Assembly: GCA_963722385.1 (NCBI GenBank)
Contig: CAVRKK010000002.1
Location: forward strand, 1,152,001 to 1,216,000
Direction: 5' to 3'
DNA from: an uncultured bacterium
GTDB taxonomy: Bacteria; Babelota; Babeliae; Babelales; Babelaceae
Length of the DNA stretch: 64,000 nucleotides
How positions within the stretch are numbered: the first letter of the stretch is position 1; each line of letters starts with the position of its first letter. Below the pieces are notes generated by a model. The model saw nothing but the letters and a program-made list of their open reading frames with translations. It was not told the origin of the DNA and ran no database searches. A program made the translations under genes and the position numbers. Positions 1 to 9,548 of this stretch are shown here, one piece after another.

Positions 1-307
1 TGTTGACCGGAGCAACAATTCCGCCAATTTGCCATATCGCGTAATAAGCGACATAGAAATTAATAGAATTTTCATAGAGGAGCATGACGCGGCTATCTTC
101 CGTAATACCAGCTTTGAGTAAGGCCGCGCTGACGCGCAAAGAGCGATGAAAGAGCTCTTTATAAGTAACCTGTTGGTCTTGGCAAATGACCGCTCTATGC
201 TCAGGCCACAAGCGTGCCGCACGTTCAAGCAAGAGCCCTGCGTACAGAAGTCGCTTATTGACCAAAAGAGCATTGTAAGATTCTTGATAGCGTTGGTGCT
301 CTGTCAT
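1..307 (-). CDS. Long-chain fatty-acid-CoA ligase / AMP-binding enzyme, N-terminal part (runs off window)
   Basis: Not in ORF track. Manual translation from ATG at 307: MTEHQRYQESY...LLERAARLWPEHRAVICQDQQVTYKEL...GITEDSRVMLLYENSINFYVAYYAIWQIGGIVAPVN, a typical adenylate-forming enzyme N-terminus. Confidence 0.85.
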   Translation of the reverse strand, partial: MTEHQRYQESYNALLVNKRLLYAGLLLERAARLWPEHRAVICQDQQVTYKELFHRSLRVSAALLKAGITEDSRVMLLYENSINFYVAYYAIWQIGGIVAPVN

Positions 308-381
308 AGTCTTGTTTTCCAAAAAGTTTGATACTTTAGTATACTTTTATTTAACATATCATAAAACGGGTGCTTTAAACT

Positions 382-1026
382 ATGGAATGCTTGTCAGGTG
401 GTTTTCTTATCGCTCTAGAAGGGATTGATGGCTCGGGTAAAAGCACGTTAGCGAGCAATCTTGGGCGCTTGTTGCAAGAAAATGGTATTCCGGTTCTTTT
501 AACCAAAGAACCGGGTGGAACGCTGCTTGGGGTCGAAGTTCGGCGCATTGTCCAGGGGTCGCCGCATGCGATAAGTCCGATTGCTGAGGCGTTTCTTTTT
601 GCTGCTGACCGGGCACAGCATATAGCGCAGGTCATTAAGCCAGCGCTCGCGGATGGGCAGGTTGTAATTTCTGATAGGATGGCTGATTCTACCCGTGCAT
701 ATCAGGGCTTTGGCCGTGGTTTGGACGCTTCTTTTCTAGAATTGGTAATTGCCGGAGCATTAGATGGTGTAGTGCCTGACCTTGTTTTGTATCTTGCGCT
801 TGATAGCAAAACGGCATTAGGCAGGCTTGCTTCGCGAAGCTTGCGTTTGAGCCGGTTTGAGAAGGAACGTCCTTCTTTTTATGATGATGTTATGAGAGGC
901 TTTGATACTATATTTGCTCAATGCCCTTATGCGAAAAAGATTGATGCGGGCGGTTCGCCTGATGATATAGCCCGGCAAGCTTATGAGCAGGTGCTTGATG
1001 CGCTTAAGAAAAAAAATTTAGTATAA
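382..1026 (+). CDS. tmk: Thymidylate kinase
   Basis: LEGIDGSGKST P-loop, KEPGGT, LFAADRAQH, ISDR..DST.AYQG. Confidence 0.97.
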   Translation: MECLSGGFLIALEGIDGSGKSTLASNLGRLLQENGIPVLLTKEPGGTLLGVEVRRIVQGSPHAISPIAEAFLFAADRAQHIAQVIKPALADGQVVISDRMADSTRAYQGFGRGLDASFLELVIAGALDGVVPDLVLYLALDSKTALGRLASRSLRLSRFEKERPSFYDDVMRGFDTIFAQCPYAKKIDAGGSPDDIARQAYEQVLDALKKKNLV

Positions 1027-1036
1027 AGGTAGGTAT

Positions 1037-1771
1037 ATGAGTAACCTGGATCATCCAGCGTGTCTTGTAGTAGGGCCACGCTCTGCAGCAATTCGCCAGG
1101 TCGAAGAGGATCTGAAAAAAATCTGGTGTCCCGAGCAGGGCTGTCGGCGCTGTTCGGTGTGTTTGGGAGTAGCAGCGCGTCAGTATTATTTACTGCATTG
1201 GATGGTGCCCGGCAAGCAGGCCTATACGATGGCCCAAGTTCATGAAGTTTTACAGGTACTTTCTTTTTTGCTTGATGAACATGAGCAATGTTATTTTGTT
1301 TTTGAGTGTGCTGAGTTGTTATCATTCAATTCAGCACCGGCGCTGCTCAAGGCGCTTGAGGAGCCGCCCCCTGGGTATCATTTTGTGCTTTTGACCGAGT
1401 CGGTTGAGGTGCTTTTGCCGACCATCGTTTCGCGTTGTGTTGTGCAGCAGGTTTTTGGGGAGCATGAGTTGGGCCAGTGGGATGCGTTTCTTGCATTTTT
1501 TTGCGCTCGCCAGCGGTCCGATTTAAAAGCATTTGAGCGGGAGTGTGAGCGCGGATCGCCTGCTGAATATGAGGCGCGTAAGTTCGTGGAAGTGATTATG
1601 GCCTACTGGCATGGGAAGAGCCGGGTCTTTGTTGGCGTTGGGGATGAGCAGCGTGCTGTTTATGCGCGGCAGCGTTTGGAGATATTGCAGGAGGCGCTTG
1701 GGGTTTTGCCAATGCCCGGTAGCGCGAAGCTGTTTTGGCGCACGCTGTTCTTAAAGATGGTCTTTCTTTAG
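1037..1771 (+). CDS. holB: DNA polymerase III delta-prime-like subunit (short)
   Basis: GCRRCSVC zinc motif, ALLKALEEPP, LPTIVSRC; follows tmk as usual. Confidence 0.85.
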   Translation: MSNLDHPACLVVGPRSAAIRQVEEDLKKIWCPEQGCRRCSVCLGVAARQYYLLHWMVPGKQAYTMAQVHEVLQVLSFLLDEHEQCYFVFECAELLSFNSAPALLKALEEPPPGYHFVLLTESVEVLLPTIVSRCVVQQVFGEHELGQWDAFLAFFCARQRSDLKAFERECERGSPAEYEARKFVEVIMAYWHGKSRVFVGVGDEQRAVYARQRLEILQEALGVLPMPGSAKLFWRTLFLKMVFL

Positions 1772-1815
1772 TTTGCTGAATCAAGTCGTCTGCTTGACCA
1801 GCGTTTAGAATCGAA

Positions 1816-2136
1816 TCGCCTGCGCGGCTGGCGCCAAAGGGGGTTACCCCCTTTGGGATCCCGTAGCGTTGTGCTTACCGGCTTGGTGAGTAGTTATCGT
1901 CCGCAAAAGCGTACGATAACTTACGCCGTTATCATGTCGCTGCACTCCATGATAAAAATTTAATATCGCTTGTCTATTTTCCGTCAGGAAAATTGCGGTA
2001 GCCATAATCATGCGCCCCGCATGGTTACGGCATTGAAAGAGAAAAAGACAGAGCAATTGAGCAAAAATAACCAAGCAATGGGTGCAGGGCCGCCGCCCTG
2101 CTGCCCGCCGCACAGGCGCGCCAGCCGCGTAGGCGA
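1816..2136. repeat. Structured intergenic repeat element, copy 1 (MITE-like or ncRNA)
   Basis: 19-bp terminal inverted repeat (TCGCCTGCGCGGCTGGCGC / GCGCCAGCCGCGTAGGCGA, 18/19), five internal hairpins, inverted homolog at 4385-4780. Confidence 0.85.
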
Positions 2137-2272
2137 CATTATAGCTTTCAAGTGCAAATTAATAAAACTCGGGCTAATTAATCATATAAAAAAGCAAATT
2201 TGCCAAAAATAGCTAACTGTGCTACGGTGTAAAAAGTTAGATAACCGTTATACTGATGACGAAGGAAATACT

Positions 2273-2854
2273 ATGAAAAAAATTATTGGCGCAATTATAG
2301 CGCTTGCGCTTGCCAGCGCTGATAGCTTACAAGCTCGCTGGGTTACCTTTATTAATCACAGCTCAGACCGCTTGGGTCTCGTGACCCTTAATAAGCCATT
2401 TAAGAGAGCCCACGTGCCTTCAGTGTCGCTTACGTGGCTTGAGCCTGGCGAGGAGATGGAGTATAATACACGCGGAAGGCTGGTTGGTTGGTACCAACGA
2501 GGTATGCCGGTCAATTATACGGTGCTTGGCGATTATGATCGAATTATTGGGTTTGTTGAGCACGCTGGCGAAATAAAATCGCTCCATGGTGCACCGCGCG
2601 AAAGATTCTTTTCGAATGACAATTATAATCCTCTTATGATCGAGACTAAAAACCCGAATTCTGGCGCCCAGGATTGCCGCGACTGCGCCGAAAATTGCTA
2701 CGATCGTTGGGGTAGCGTTGCTCATTGCTCCTGCCTTGATTGGTGCTGGGACAAAACGCAAGATATGAAATGGATACTCAACCCGGGAAGAAGTATCGAC
2801 GTCATCGTTGCTTCAGGAGCTAAGCTCGGTTTGTCAGAACTGTATTATGAATAA
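2273..2854 (+). CDS. Hypothetical secreted protein with Cys-rich segment
   Basis: MKKIIGAIIALALASA signal peptide; CxxCxxxC...CxCxxWC cluster. Confidence 0.7.
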   Translation: MKKIIGAIIALALASADSLQARWVTFINHSSDRLGLVTLNKPFKRAHVPSVSLTWLEPGEEMEYNTRGRLVGWYQRGMPVNYTVLGDYDRIIGFVEHAGEIKSLHGAPRERFFSNDNYNPLMIETKNPNSGAQDCRDCAENCYDRWGSVAHCSCLDWCWDKTQDMKWILNPGRSIDVIVASGAKLGLSELYYE

Positions 2855-2859
2855 ATTAG

Positions 2860-3339
2860 GTGATAAAATCGTTAAAAAGGAAAGTAGTTTTTAGCGTGAC
2901 AAAATTGGTCAAAGAGGTACTGAAGAGCATTTTTGAATCATATGATGACTGGCGGTTTAAGCTCCTTAAAAATTGGGACGTTTGTATCGGGCCTGTATCA
3001 GCACACGTGCGCCTTGAGCGAATTTGTCAGGACGTTCTGGTGTTAGGGGTATATGACCGTATTTGGATGCATGAGTTATATGCGCTTTCTTATAGCATGG
3101 TAGCTTCGATTAATGAGGCTCTAGGCGGCGCGTACATACGTGAGCTTAAATTTTGCTTGGTCGAACGGTCACGGGTACGCCATCATGTCATGCACTCTAC
3201 CCCGTTACAAAGAACCACGAGAGAGCGGCAGCTTGCTTCTAACGAACGTAAGGCGCTCGATCGTATTAGCGACCCTCAGCTCAAAGAAGTTCTTCATGCT
3301 TTTCTCATGAGAATTTCGGAGACAGCTCATGGACAATAA
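2860..3339 (+). CDS. DUF721/DciA-family protein
   Basis: LLKNWDVCIGPVSAH...LVLGV..IWMHEL...IN..LG...IREL pattern; C-terminal ISDPQLKEVL. Confidence 0.7.
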   Translation: MIKSLKRKVVFSVTKLVKEVLKSIFESYDDWRFKLLKNWDVCIGPVSAHVRLERICQDVLVLGVYDRIWMHELYALSYSMVASINEALGGAYIRELKFCLVERSRVRHHVMHSTPLQRTTRERQLASNERKALDRISDPQLKEVLHAFLMRISETAHGQ

Positions 3340-4381
3340 GCAACAACCTATCTGCCTCGTAGCTGGCTTGTCGGGAGGACATCTCTTGCCGGTCTTTGCT
3401 TTAGCAACAGCGATGCGTAAGGATGGCACTGTACCAGTTATTCTTTTTTCTGCAACGACCGCTCTTGACCATACCATTGTCAAGCATATTGGTGGTATTG
3501 ATACGCACTATACGCTTGGCATTAATCGGTTGTGTGCTCGGCGTTGGTATACCTACCCTTTCGCTTTATTAGCGCTAGCCAAGGACTTTGCGCAAAGCTG
3601 GTGGCGACTTCGAAAGGTACATGCTCAATGTATCATCACGACGGGCGGGCTTATTGCTGTTCCCGTTTGCTTGGCGGGGTGGCTTTTGGGTATCCCGATA
3701 ACCGTTTACGAGCTCAACGCCCTGCCGGGGCGTGCCGTATCATTTCTTGCTGGCTTCGCGATGCGCCTTTGTATATGTTTTGAAAGCGCTCGCATGCACT
3801 TCAGCTCGGCAAACCAAGAAAAGATTGTCCACGTGGATTACCCGATTAGATTTAGTACTGCCGACAAGCTTACCAGCCTGCAAGCACGAACACAGCTTGG
3901 TTTAGCGCCTACGGCTAAAATTTTGCTTATTGTGGGTGGCTCGCAAGGCTCCCAATTTCTTAATGCTGTCGCTCAAGCGTATCTTCGCTATCGCATGCTT
4001 ATGCTCGCCGAGAGTGACCAGAAGCTTATTGTTTTTCATCAAGCCGGCCAGGCGCAGCAAGAAGAAGTTGAGCAGTTTTACAAAAATTATGGTATTGCGG
4101 CCACCGTATTTTCGTATAAGGCCGATATAGCGGTCTATTATGCTGCTGCTGATGTGGTCATAGCCCGAGCTGGTGCAGGCACCGTGTTCGAGCTCGCATT
4201 TTTTGACAAGAAATCGATTATTATCCCGCTTGAAGGCGCCGCGGCGGGGCATCAAGTACATAATGCTCTTGCAATTGCCGCGCAGTACCCGCATTTATTT
4301 ACCGTCTATCGCCAAGAAAGTATCGAGAAAAGTCCAAGTGAGCTCTATAGCTATCTCGATAGCCTGCTATCGCCGGCGTGA
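3329..4381 (+). CDS. murG: Lipid II GlcNAc transferase MurG
   Basis: AGLSGGH, TGG, YELNALPG, VGGSQGS, HQAG, ARAGAGT, HQVHNA motifs. Confidence 0.93.
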   Translation: MDNKQQPICLVAGLSGGHLLPVFALATAMRKDGTVPVILFSATTALDHTIVKHIGGIDTHYTLGINRLCARRWYTYPFALLALAKDFAQSWWRLRKVHAQCIITTGGLIAVPVCLAGWLLGIPITVYELNALPGRAVSFLAGFAMRLCICFESARMHFSSANQEKIVHVDYPIRFSTADKLTSLQARTQLGLAPTAKILLIVGGSQGSQFLNAVAQAYLRYRMLMLAESDQKLIVFHQAGQAQQEEVEQFYKNYGIAATVFSYKADIAVYYAAADVVIARAGAGTVFELAFFDKKSIIIPLEGAAAGHQVHNALAIAAQYPHLFTVYRQESIEKSPSELYSYLDSLLSPA

Positions 4382-4384
4382 GCG

Positions 4385-4780
4385 GCCTTCGCGGCCAGCG
4401 CGCCTGTGCGGCGAGCACACTTACGCAGTGGGCGGCAGAAGCCAGCTTCTGCACTTGTTACCTTTATCATCGTTGCTTCAGATGTTTATTTTTGATTTAG
4501 GTAAATGCCGATAACCATGCGGGGCGCATGATTATGACTACCGCAATTTTCCTGACGGAAAATAGACAAGCGATATTAAATTTTATCATGGAGCGCAGCG
4601 ACATGATAATGGCGTAAGTTATCGTACGCTTTGGCGTATGATAACTACACAGACCAAGCTTATAAGCACAACGCTACGGGATCCCAAAGGACATAGCGAT
4701 GCGGAGTAGCGCAACGCTTGTCCGTAGCGGCTTTTTGTAAAGAAAGCGATCAGCGGAGGCGGGCGCTAGCCGCGCCCGCC
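4385..4780. repeat. Structured intergenic repeat element, copy 2 (inverted relative to copy 1)
   Basis: 4504-4690 is a near-identical reverse complement of 1850-2034; 4385-4413 matches the reverse complement of 2106-2134; right boundary approximate. Confidence 0.85.
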
Positions 4781-4989
4781 TTGTAGGCACTTAAGGTTCC
4801 GCGGAGCAAGCGATTCAGCTTTCTAGCGTTATTTCGGGTTACAGGATTGGCCAGCGCAGAAAATTACATAGTAATTGCCGCTGCCCATACGTCCTGGAAC
4901 TTTTCCGCCTTGCCAATTAAGTGGCCAATAGCGGTTGACTTAATCATGACGCTGCCAGCCGGTAATTCAAATTCTTCAAGGCAATTAGA

Positions 4990-5331
4990 TTACAGTTTGA
5001 GGCCGCAGGACCTGCCATTGCAAAAGGTTACTTGGTTCCTTGTTCCAGGAATGTCGTAGCTACCAATAGCATTGCTAAAGATTGTCCAAAGAGGACCTAT
5101 ACCACGTTTACCCGTTTGCATGCCTATATGTGTGCTAACAACGTCAAAAGTATTTCTGTCACAGTCAACAACTGGTCCAAATTCAGTTAGCTTGTATGAG
5201 CAGGTTTTGTCAGAAAGCTCCAGCTCTTTGCTTGCCTGGGACGTGTCAATAGGAAGCTTAGTTAATTGCGCCGAACAACCGAGGAATGATCCCAAGGCAA
5301 CTACCAATAAACTTAAGGTTAAATATTTCAT
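4990..5331 (-). CDS. Hypothetical secreted/lipoprotein
   Basis: MKYLTLSLLVVALGSFLGC signal/lipobox-like start. Confidence 0.65.
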   Translation of the reverse strand: MKYLTLSLLVVALGSFLGCSAQLTKLPIDTSQASKELELSDKTCSYKLTEFGPVVDCDRNTFDVVSTHIGMQTGKRGIGPLWTIFSNAIGSYDIPGTRNQVTFCNGRSCGLKL

Positions 5332-5366
5332 ATACGTCTCTTTGATTATAATTAAAGGTTTTTTAC

Positions 5367-5708
5367 TTATTGAGCCATGACAAGGGTTAGTGTATTCACT
5401 ATTGTGCCATCAGGGGCTACTGTTGATGATGGAAATTTGCCTACGTAATTTGGGCTTCCTTTCAATGTCGATGCTCTGGTAGGGACAACAGTTTTTGAAG
5501 TAACGTTAAAAAAGGGTCTGTGATACTCACACGTTACCGAGCTGCTTGCTGTTGTTCCTAAAATACTTACGTTATAAGTACACGAATCATTGGCTTCTAT
5601 ACCCACTCTGTTATTTCTTGTGTCAAGTGGTGTGCTAAAATTAGCACCTAAACTTATTTGCCCTGATACTAGTAGAGCTAATACAACGAAATTTCTAACT
5701 TTTACCAT
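5367..5708 (-). CDS. Hypothetical secreted protein
   Basis: MVKVRNFVVLALLVSG signal peptide preceded by AGGAG; weak similarity to downstream neighbour. Confidence 0.65.
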   Translation of the reverse strand: MVKVRNFVVLALLVSGQISLGANFSTPLDTRNNRVGIEANDSCTYNVSILGTTASSSVTCEYHRPFFNVTSKTVVPTRASTLKGSPNYVGKFPSSTVAPDGTIVNTLTLVMAQ

Positions 5709-5860
5709 ATTCTTTCTCCTTTTCTTATTTAAGTTCACTCTAGCAGGATTTATTTTAAATTGTCAATATTTAAGTAAAAAGCGCTCAATAATTCTACGAT
5801 AGAAATATTAACGATATCGTCAGCTCGTTAAATACTTTACGAGATAGGTGATCAAGGCAT

Positions 5861-7753
5861 TTAACTCGGCCAATTTTTAGGTGTGCCAGCCAAATACACA
5901 TTGGAGCCTGGCTGCATCAAAAGAGGAGGCGTTGATAAGCTGATGGGGCCGAGCAAAATTAAATAAAGAGCTTGAAGTCCTGCTTGACTAAAAATTCTTT
6001 GGGAAGGCGCGGCATTAGGGTTATTGAAAAGCGTTGGTGCGCCTTTTGCACGGAGATAGGCAGACAGGTCGGGCACCAGGCTCTCAAGCTTTGTGGCAAA
6101 GGGTGCTAGGTTGTCCAAGGTGATAGCCTGAAGAGGAATCGTTTTTTTGTTTGCAGAAAATGTAGCCAGCCAGCCGACAATATTCTGCTGAAATTCAGCC
6201 GTTGCTTGCGCACTTTTTTCTTGCTTGGTCCCTTTAAATGCATCGGGTGCTAAGTGCGCCGTTACGATGCTGGCAAATGTGGCATCCGCCTTGAGTATTG
6301 CTGGTGAAATTTGGTAAAAGCGTGGTGTTAGCTGCCCGCCACCATAGGCCAGAAAGGTGTCGGTTAAGAGCAGCGTACCAGTTATGCCTGATATAGGCTC
6401 AGTAATAATAGCATTGGTGGGCGCTTGCATTGCCTTGTGAACAGCAATCGCTATATCCTCGGTGCTCATCGTTGCCGGGTTTTTAATCGACGTTTTTACG
6501 ATTGTCTGTACCAGATTGGGGTTTTTTATAACGTTCGAAAGAAATGTACGAGCTTTTGCTTGATTGTCCGTGCCTACTAAAAACAAATACAGCTGGGCAG
6601 CTTTCTGGCTTGCCGGTGGCCGTAAGATCGCAAACGAACTTACTGCACCTGATGGTAGCTCCTGTTGAAGCAGGTAATCTTTGACCGCATAAGCAGCCCA
6701 GAGCTGTCCCGGTAACGCGAGTGGTATCAGAGAAGGGTCTGGCTTGCCATTTTTGCTGAGCTCCTCAAGGTACTGCTGTGGCGAGGTATTCCAGACCTTG
6801 CATATCACCGGGTTAATGTCACGGACTTTGGCAAGTTGCGCAGGAGCCTCAGATGCAGCAACGTCGCGGACACCTATTTGGTTATGATTGCCCATGTTAA
6901 AACCTTGGATGCCAATAGCGAGACTGTCCCTATCCTTGCCTACAATTTCGTAGGTATAGGTCAACGGGACGAGAGATTCTTTTTTGGTCGTACGGTCATG
7001 GTAAATTTGACCGAGGCCTTTTGAGCTAATCGGTATCTTCACCGTGTTATTTGGCAAAATAAAGCTAAAAATGCTGTTGGGGCCGCGTATCGAGTTTGAC
7101 TGCATTGTGTCAGAGCTTAGTAAGCTAAAGGAATCTGCCTCAAGAATTGCTTTGAATGATTGGGTATTTTTGGTAAAGCCGAGAGAGATATCATATGCCG
7201 TGTTGTTAAAAAAAACGCCCTCAAAATCAGTCGATTGCGTATAGGGACCACCGTACCAGCCAGGGCCCATGAATTCACCTTCGTAGTTGCCATCGAGCAC
7301 ATAGCCATGATAGAAGTATTTATTTTTGTCGGTTTTTGATATATCAACCGGATGATTAAAAAATTGCTTGGTTGGTACCTGCCTACCCATAATGGATTGC
7401 GCACCAACAAGCTTAAGACGAATAATTGCATGGCAAACATTTAAGTTGGTAAAGGGGGCGTATTGATACGGCTGGATATTTTGCGAGGTCGTGGTTTTAG
7501 AATTAAACTTCGCTCCCTGTACTTGTACAATGCTTTGAACATCAACGTTTATTTCCTGAGGAATATCATTCCAAACTTCCATATTGTAATCGTAATCTGA
7601 AGGACAGTAGCCGAAGCTCACGGCAAATTGCTCTGGCAGTCCCTTCATGCTTGACAAGGCACTATTTATATCAGAAGAGACCTCATTTGCAAACAGAGGT
7701 GGCCAAAGAGCCAGCAAAGATGCTAGAAGCGCAAGGATCCAGGGAGCTCGCAT
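5861..7753 (-). CDS. Hypothetical secreted protein (630 aa)
   Basis: Long ORF with hydrophobic signal peptide; no recognised family. Confidence 0.8.
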   Translation of the reverse strand: MRAPWILALLASLLALWPPLFANEVSSDINSALSSMKGLPEQFAVSFGYCPSDYDYNMEVWNDIPQEINVDVQSIVQVQGAKFNSKTTTSQNIQPYQYAPFTNLNVCHAIIRLKLVGAQSIMGRQVPTKQFFNHPVDISKTDKNKYFYHGYVLDGNYEGEFMGPGWYGGPYTQSTDFEGVFFNNTAYDISLGFTKNTQSFKAILEADSFSLLSSDTMQSNSIRGPNSIFSFILPNNTVKIPISSKGLGQIYHDRTTKKESLVPLTYTYEIVGKDRDSLAIGIQGFNMGNHNQIGVRDVAASEAPAQLAKVRDINPVICKVWNTSPQQYLEELSKNGKPDPSLIPLALPGQLWAAYAVKDYLLQQELPSGAVSSFAILRPPASQKAAQLYLFLVGTDNQAKARTFLSNVIKNPNLVQTIVKTSIKNPATMSTEDIAIAVHKAMQAPTNAIITEPISGITGTLLLTDTFLAYGGGQLTPRFYQISPAILKADATFASIVTAHLAPDAFKGTKQEKSAQATAEFQQNIVGWLATFSANKKTIPLQAITLDNLAPFATKLESLVPDLSAYLRAKGAPTLFNNPNAAPSQRIFSQAGLQALYLILLGPISLSTPPLLMQPGSNVYLAGTPKNWPS

Positions 7754-7966
7754 ATCTTTTTCCTTACCCGTAAAGCTTTTGCTTACTCTAGAAAATTAGG
7801 GTTGCTCGATGCAATAGTAGGGCTCTTTAGCTAACTTCCTCAAATATTATGGCACAGTTCATAAGGTGCTTTATTAACATAGAGATGCAAAAATACTAAA
7901 ATAATTCCTAACTTTATAGTAGAATACCAAAGTAGCAAAGTTACTTGCATTTTAAGGGATAGAATA

Positions 7967-8215
7967 GTCAACTAACCAGCGGCCTAAAGGCCGCGGCTTG
8001 TAGAAGCCCGGGTTGACCAGCTTCAGCCGGCGTAGCTCTTGAGCGAAGACGGCTACGTTATAAGGGAGGGCTTAAGATCGCACCTTGGGATGCGTGCCAG
8101 TTCCAAGTTCTGTAACTAAAGGGTTAAACAGACCGAGGGTTTAAGTCAGTGCTTTTTAGATACGCCGCCTTATAACATGAGCGAGGCAAACTTTACCCCC
8201 TTATGGGGAGATTTT
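7967..8215 (+). ncRNA. omegaRNA (HEARO-type) scaffold of IscB
   Basis: GTCAACTAACC...GCGGCCTAAAGGCCGC...GTTGACCAG...CTACGTT...CACCTTGGGATGCGTGCCAGTTCCAAG...CGAGGCAAACTTTACC immediately upstream of iscB, characteristic HEARO blocks. Confidence 0.9.
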
Positions 8216-8225
8216 TAGGAGTGTC

Positions 8226-9509
8226 ATGTCCTTAGTGTTTGTCATAGACAAGAATAAGCAACCCTGTAACCCCTGCCATCCGGCGGCAGCAAGAACCCTG
8301 CTCAAACAAGGCAAAGCTGCTGTTTTCAGGCACTTTCCTTTCGTTATCATTCTTAAATACGAACGCATACTTGAAGTTCGCTTATTGAGGCTTAAATTAG
8401 ATCTTGGCTCTAAGGTTACAGGACTTGTTGTCCTTGATGAGAGCACTGGCAAAGTAGCCTTTGCGGCAGAGATTGAGCACCGAGGAAACACCATTCGCGA
8501 CCAACTTCTTACCAGAAGAAGTCTTCGTAGAAATAGAAGGAATAGAAAGACGCGATATCGCCAACCTCGATTTGATAATAGAACTCGGCCTTCCGGCTGG
8601 CTTGCCCCTTCATTGCAGAGTAGGATAGATAATACCATAACATGGGTCCATAAGCTTATACGTTATTGTCCTATCGGCGCTATTAGCCAGGAATTGGTAC
8701 GTTTCGATACGCAGCTTATGCAAAATGCCCACATTACGGGTGTCGAATATCAACAAGGAACCCTGGCTGGCTATGAAGTTCGCGAGTATCTGCTCGAAAA
8801 GTTTCACCGATCTTGCGTCTATTGTAAAAAGTCTGGGATCCCTCTTGAAATAGAGCATATAATACCAAAGAGCAGAGGAGGAGGCAACCGTATTTCAAAT
8901 CTCACTCTTGCGTGTACTTCATGCAATCAGGCAAAAGACAATAAGACTGCGCAAGAATTTGGTCATCCTGAAGTACATGAGTTAGGCAAGACGTCACTCA
9001 GAGACGCAGCAGTGATGAACAGCGTTCGCTGGCATCTTTACCATGCATTATGCTCTCTCGGTTTACCCGTAGAAACAGGTACCGGTGGAAGAACTAAATA
9101 TAATAGAAATCTGCAAAACTTACCCAAGGCTCATTGGCTCGATGCCGCTTGTGTTGGTGCATCTACACCATCGCAGCTCATGGTTAATCATGTTAATCCG
9201 CTCCTGATAAAAGCAATAGGTCATGGTAGCCGACAAATGTGTAGAGTAGATAAGTATGGTTTTCCTCGTACCAGCTCAAAGTCTGCCAAAAAATGTTTTG
9301 GATTTCAAACAGGCGATATTGTTTGGGCTCGCGTACCACAAGGTAAAAAGAAGGGGAAATACCTCGGAAAGGTTGCTATCAGAACAAGCGGTTCTTTTAA
9401 TATCGCTACCTCTTCCAAAATAGTTCAGGGAATTAGTTACCGCTTCTGTAAAACAATTTCAGCTGTTAATGGTTATAGTTTTAATCAGGGCATTTTCTCT
9501 GCGCTCTAA
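8226..9509 (+). CDS. iscB: RNA-guided endonuclease IscB
   Basis: PLMP-like N-terminus (VFVID...PCNPCHP), RuvC-I LKLDLGSK, Arg-rich bridge helix, RuvC-II QELVRFD, HNH (CVYC...EHIIPKSRGG...NL...CTSCN), RuvC-III HWLDAAC. Confidence 0.96.
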   Translation: MSLVFVIDKNKQPCNPCHPAAARTLLKQGKAAVFRHFPFVIILKYERILEVRLLRLKLDLGSKVTGLVVLDESTGKVAFAAEIEHRGNTIRDQLLTRRSLRRNRRNRKTRYRQPRFDNRTRPSGWLAPSLQSRIDNTITWVHKLIRYCPIGAISQELVRFDTQLMQNAHITGVEYQQGTLAGYEVREYLLEKFHRSCVYCKKSGIPLEIEHIIPKSRGGGNRISNLTLACTSCNQAKDNKTAQEFGHPEVHELGKTSLRDAAVMNSVRWHLYHALCSLGLPVETGTGGRTKYNRNLQNLPKAHWLDAACVGASTPSQLMVNHVNPLLIKAIGHGSRQMCRVDKYGFPRTSSKSAKKCFGFQTGDIVWARVPQGKKKGKYLGKVAIRTSGSFNIATSSKIVQGISYRFCKTISAVNGYSFNQGIFSAL

Positions 9510-9548
9510 AGAGCCCAGTTTCCATGCCTTTTCGGAGGAACAGTTAGA

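Larger units (their letters stand above)
7967..9534 (+). mobile_element. Non-autonomous IS200/IS605-superfamily element encoding IscB
   Basis: Subterminal hairpins with TAAA loops at both ends (GCGGCC-TAAA-GGCCGC and GCTC-TAAA-GAGC); no tnpA; right boundary approximate. Confidence 0.85.

Noticed and set aside
1844..2212. ORFs 1844-2113 (-) and 1970-2212 (+) as genes
   Set aside because: They lie in the palindromic repeat, and frames are not conserved in copy 2 (indels)
8226..9509. Cas9 or plain HNH endonuclease
   Set aside because: Size, PLMP-like N-terminus, no REC lobe and upstream HEARO RNA identify IscB
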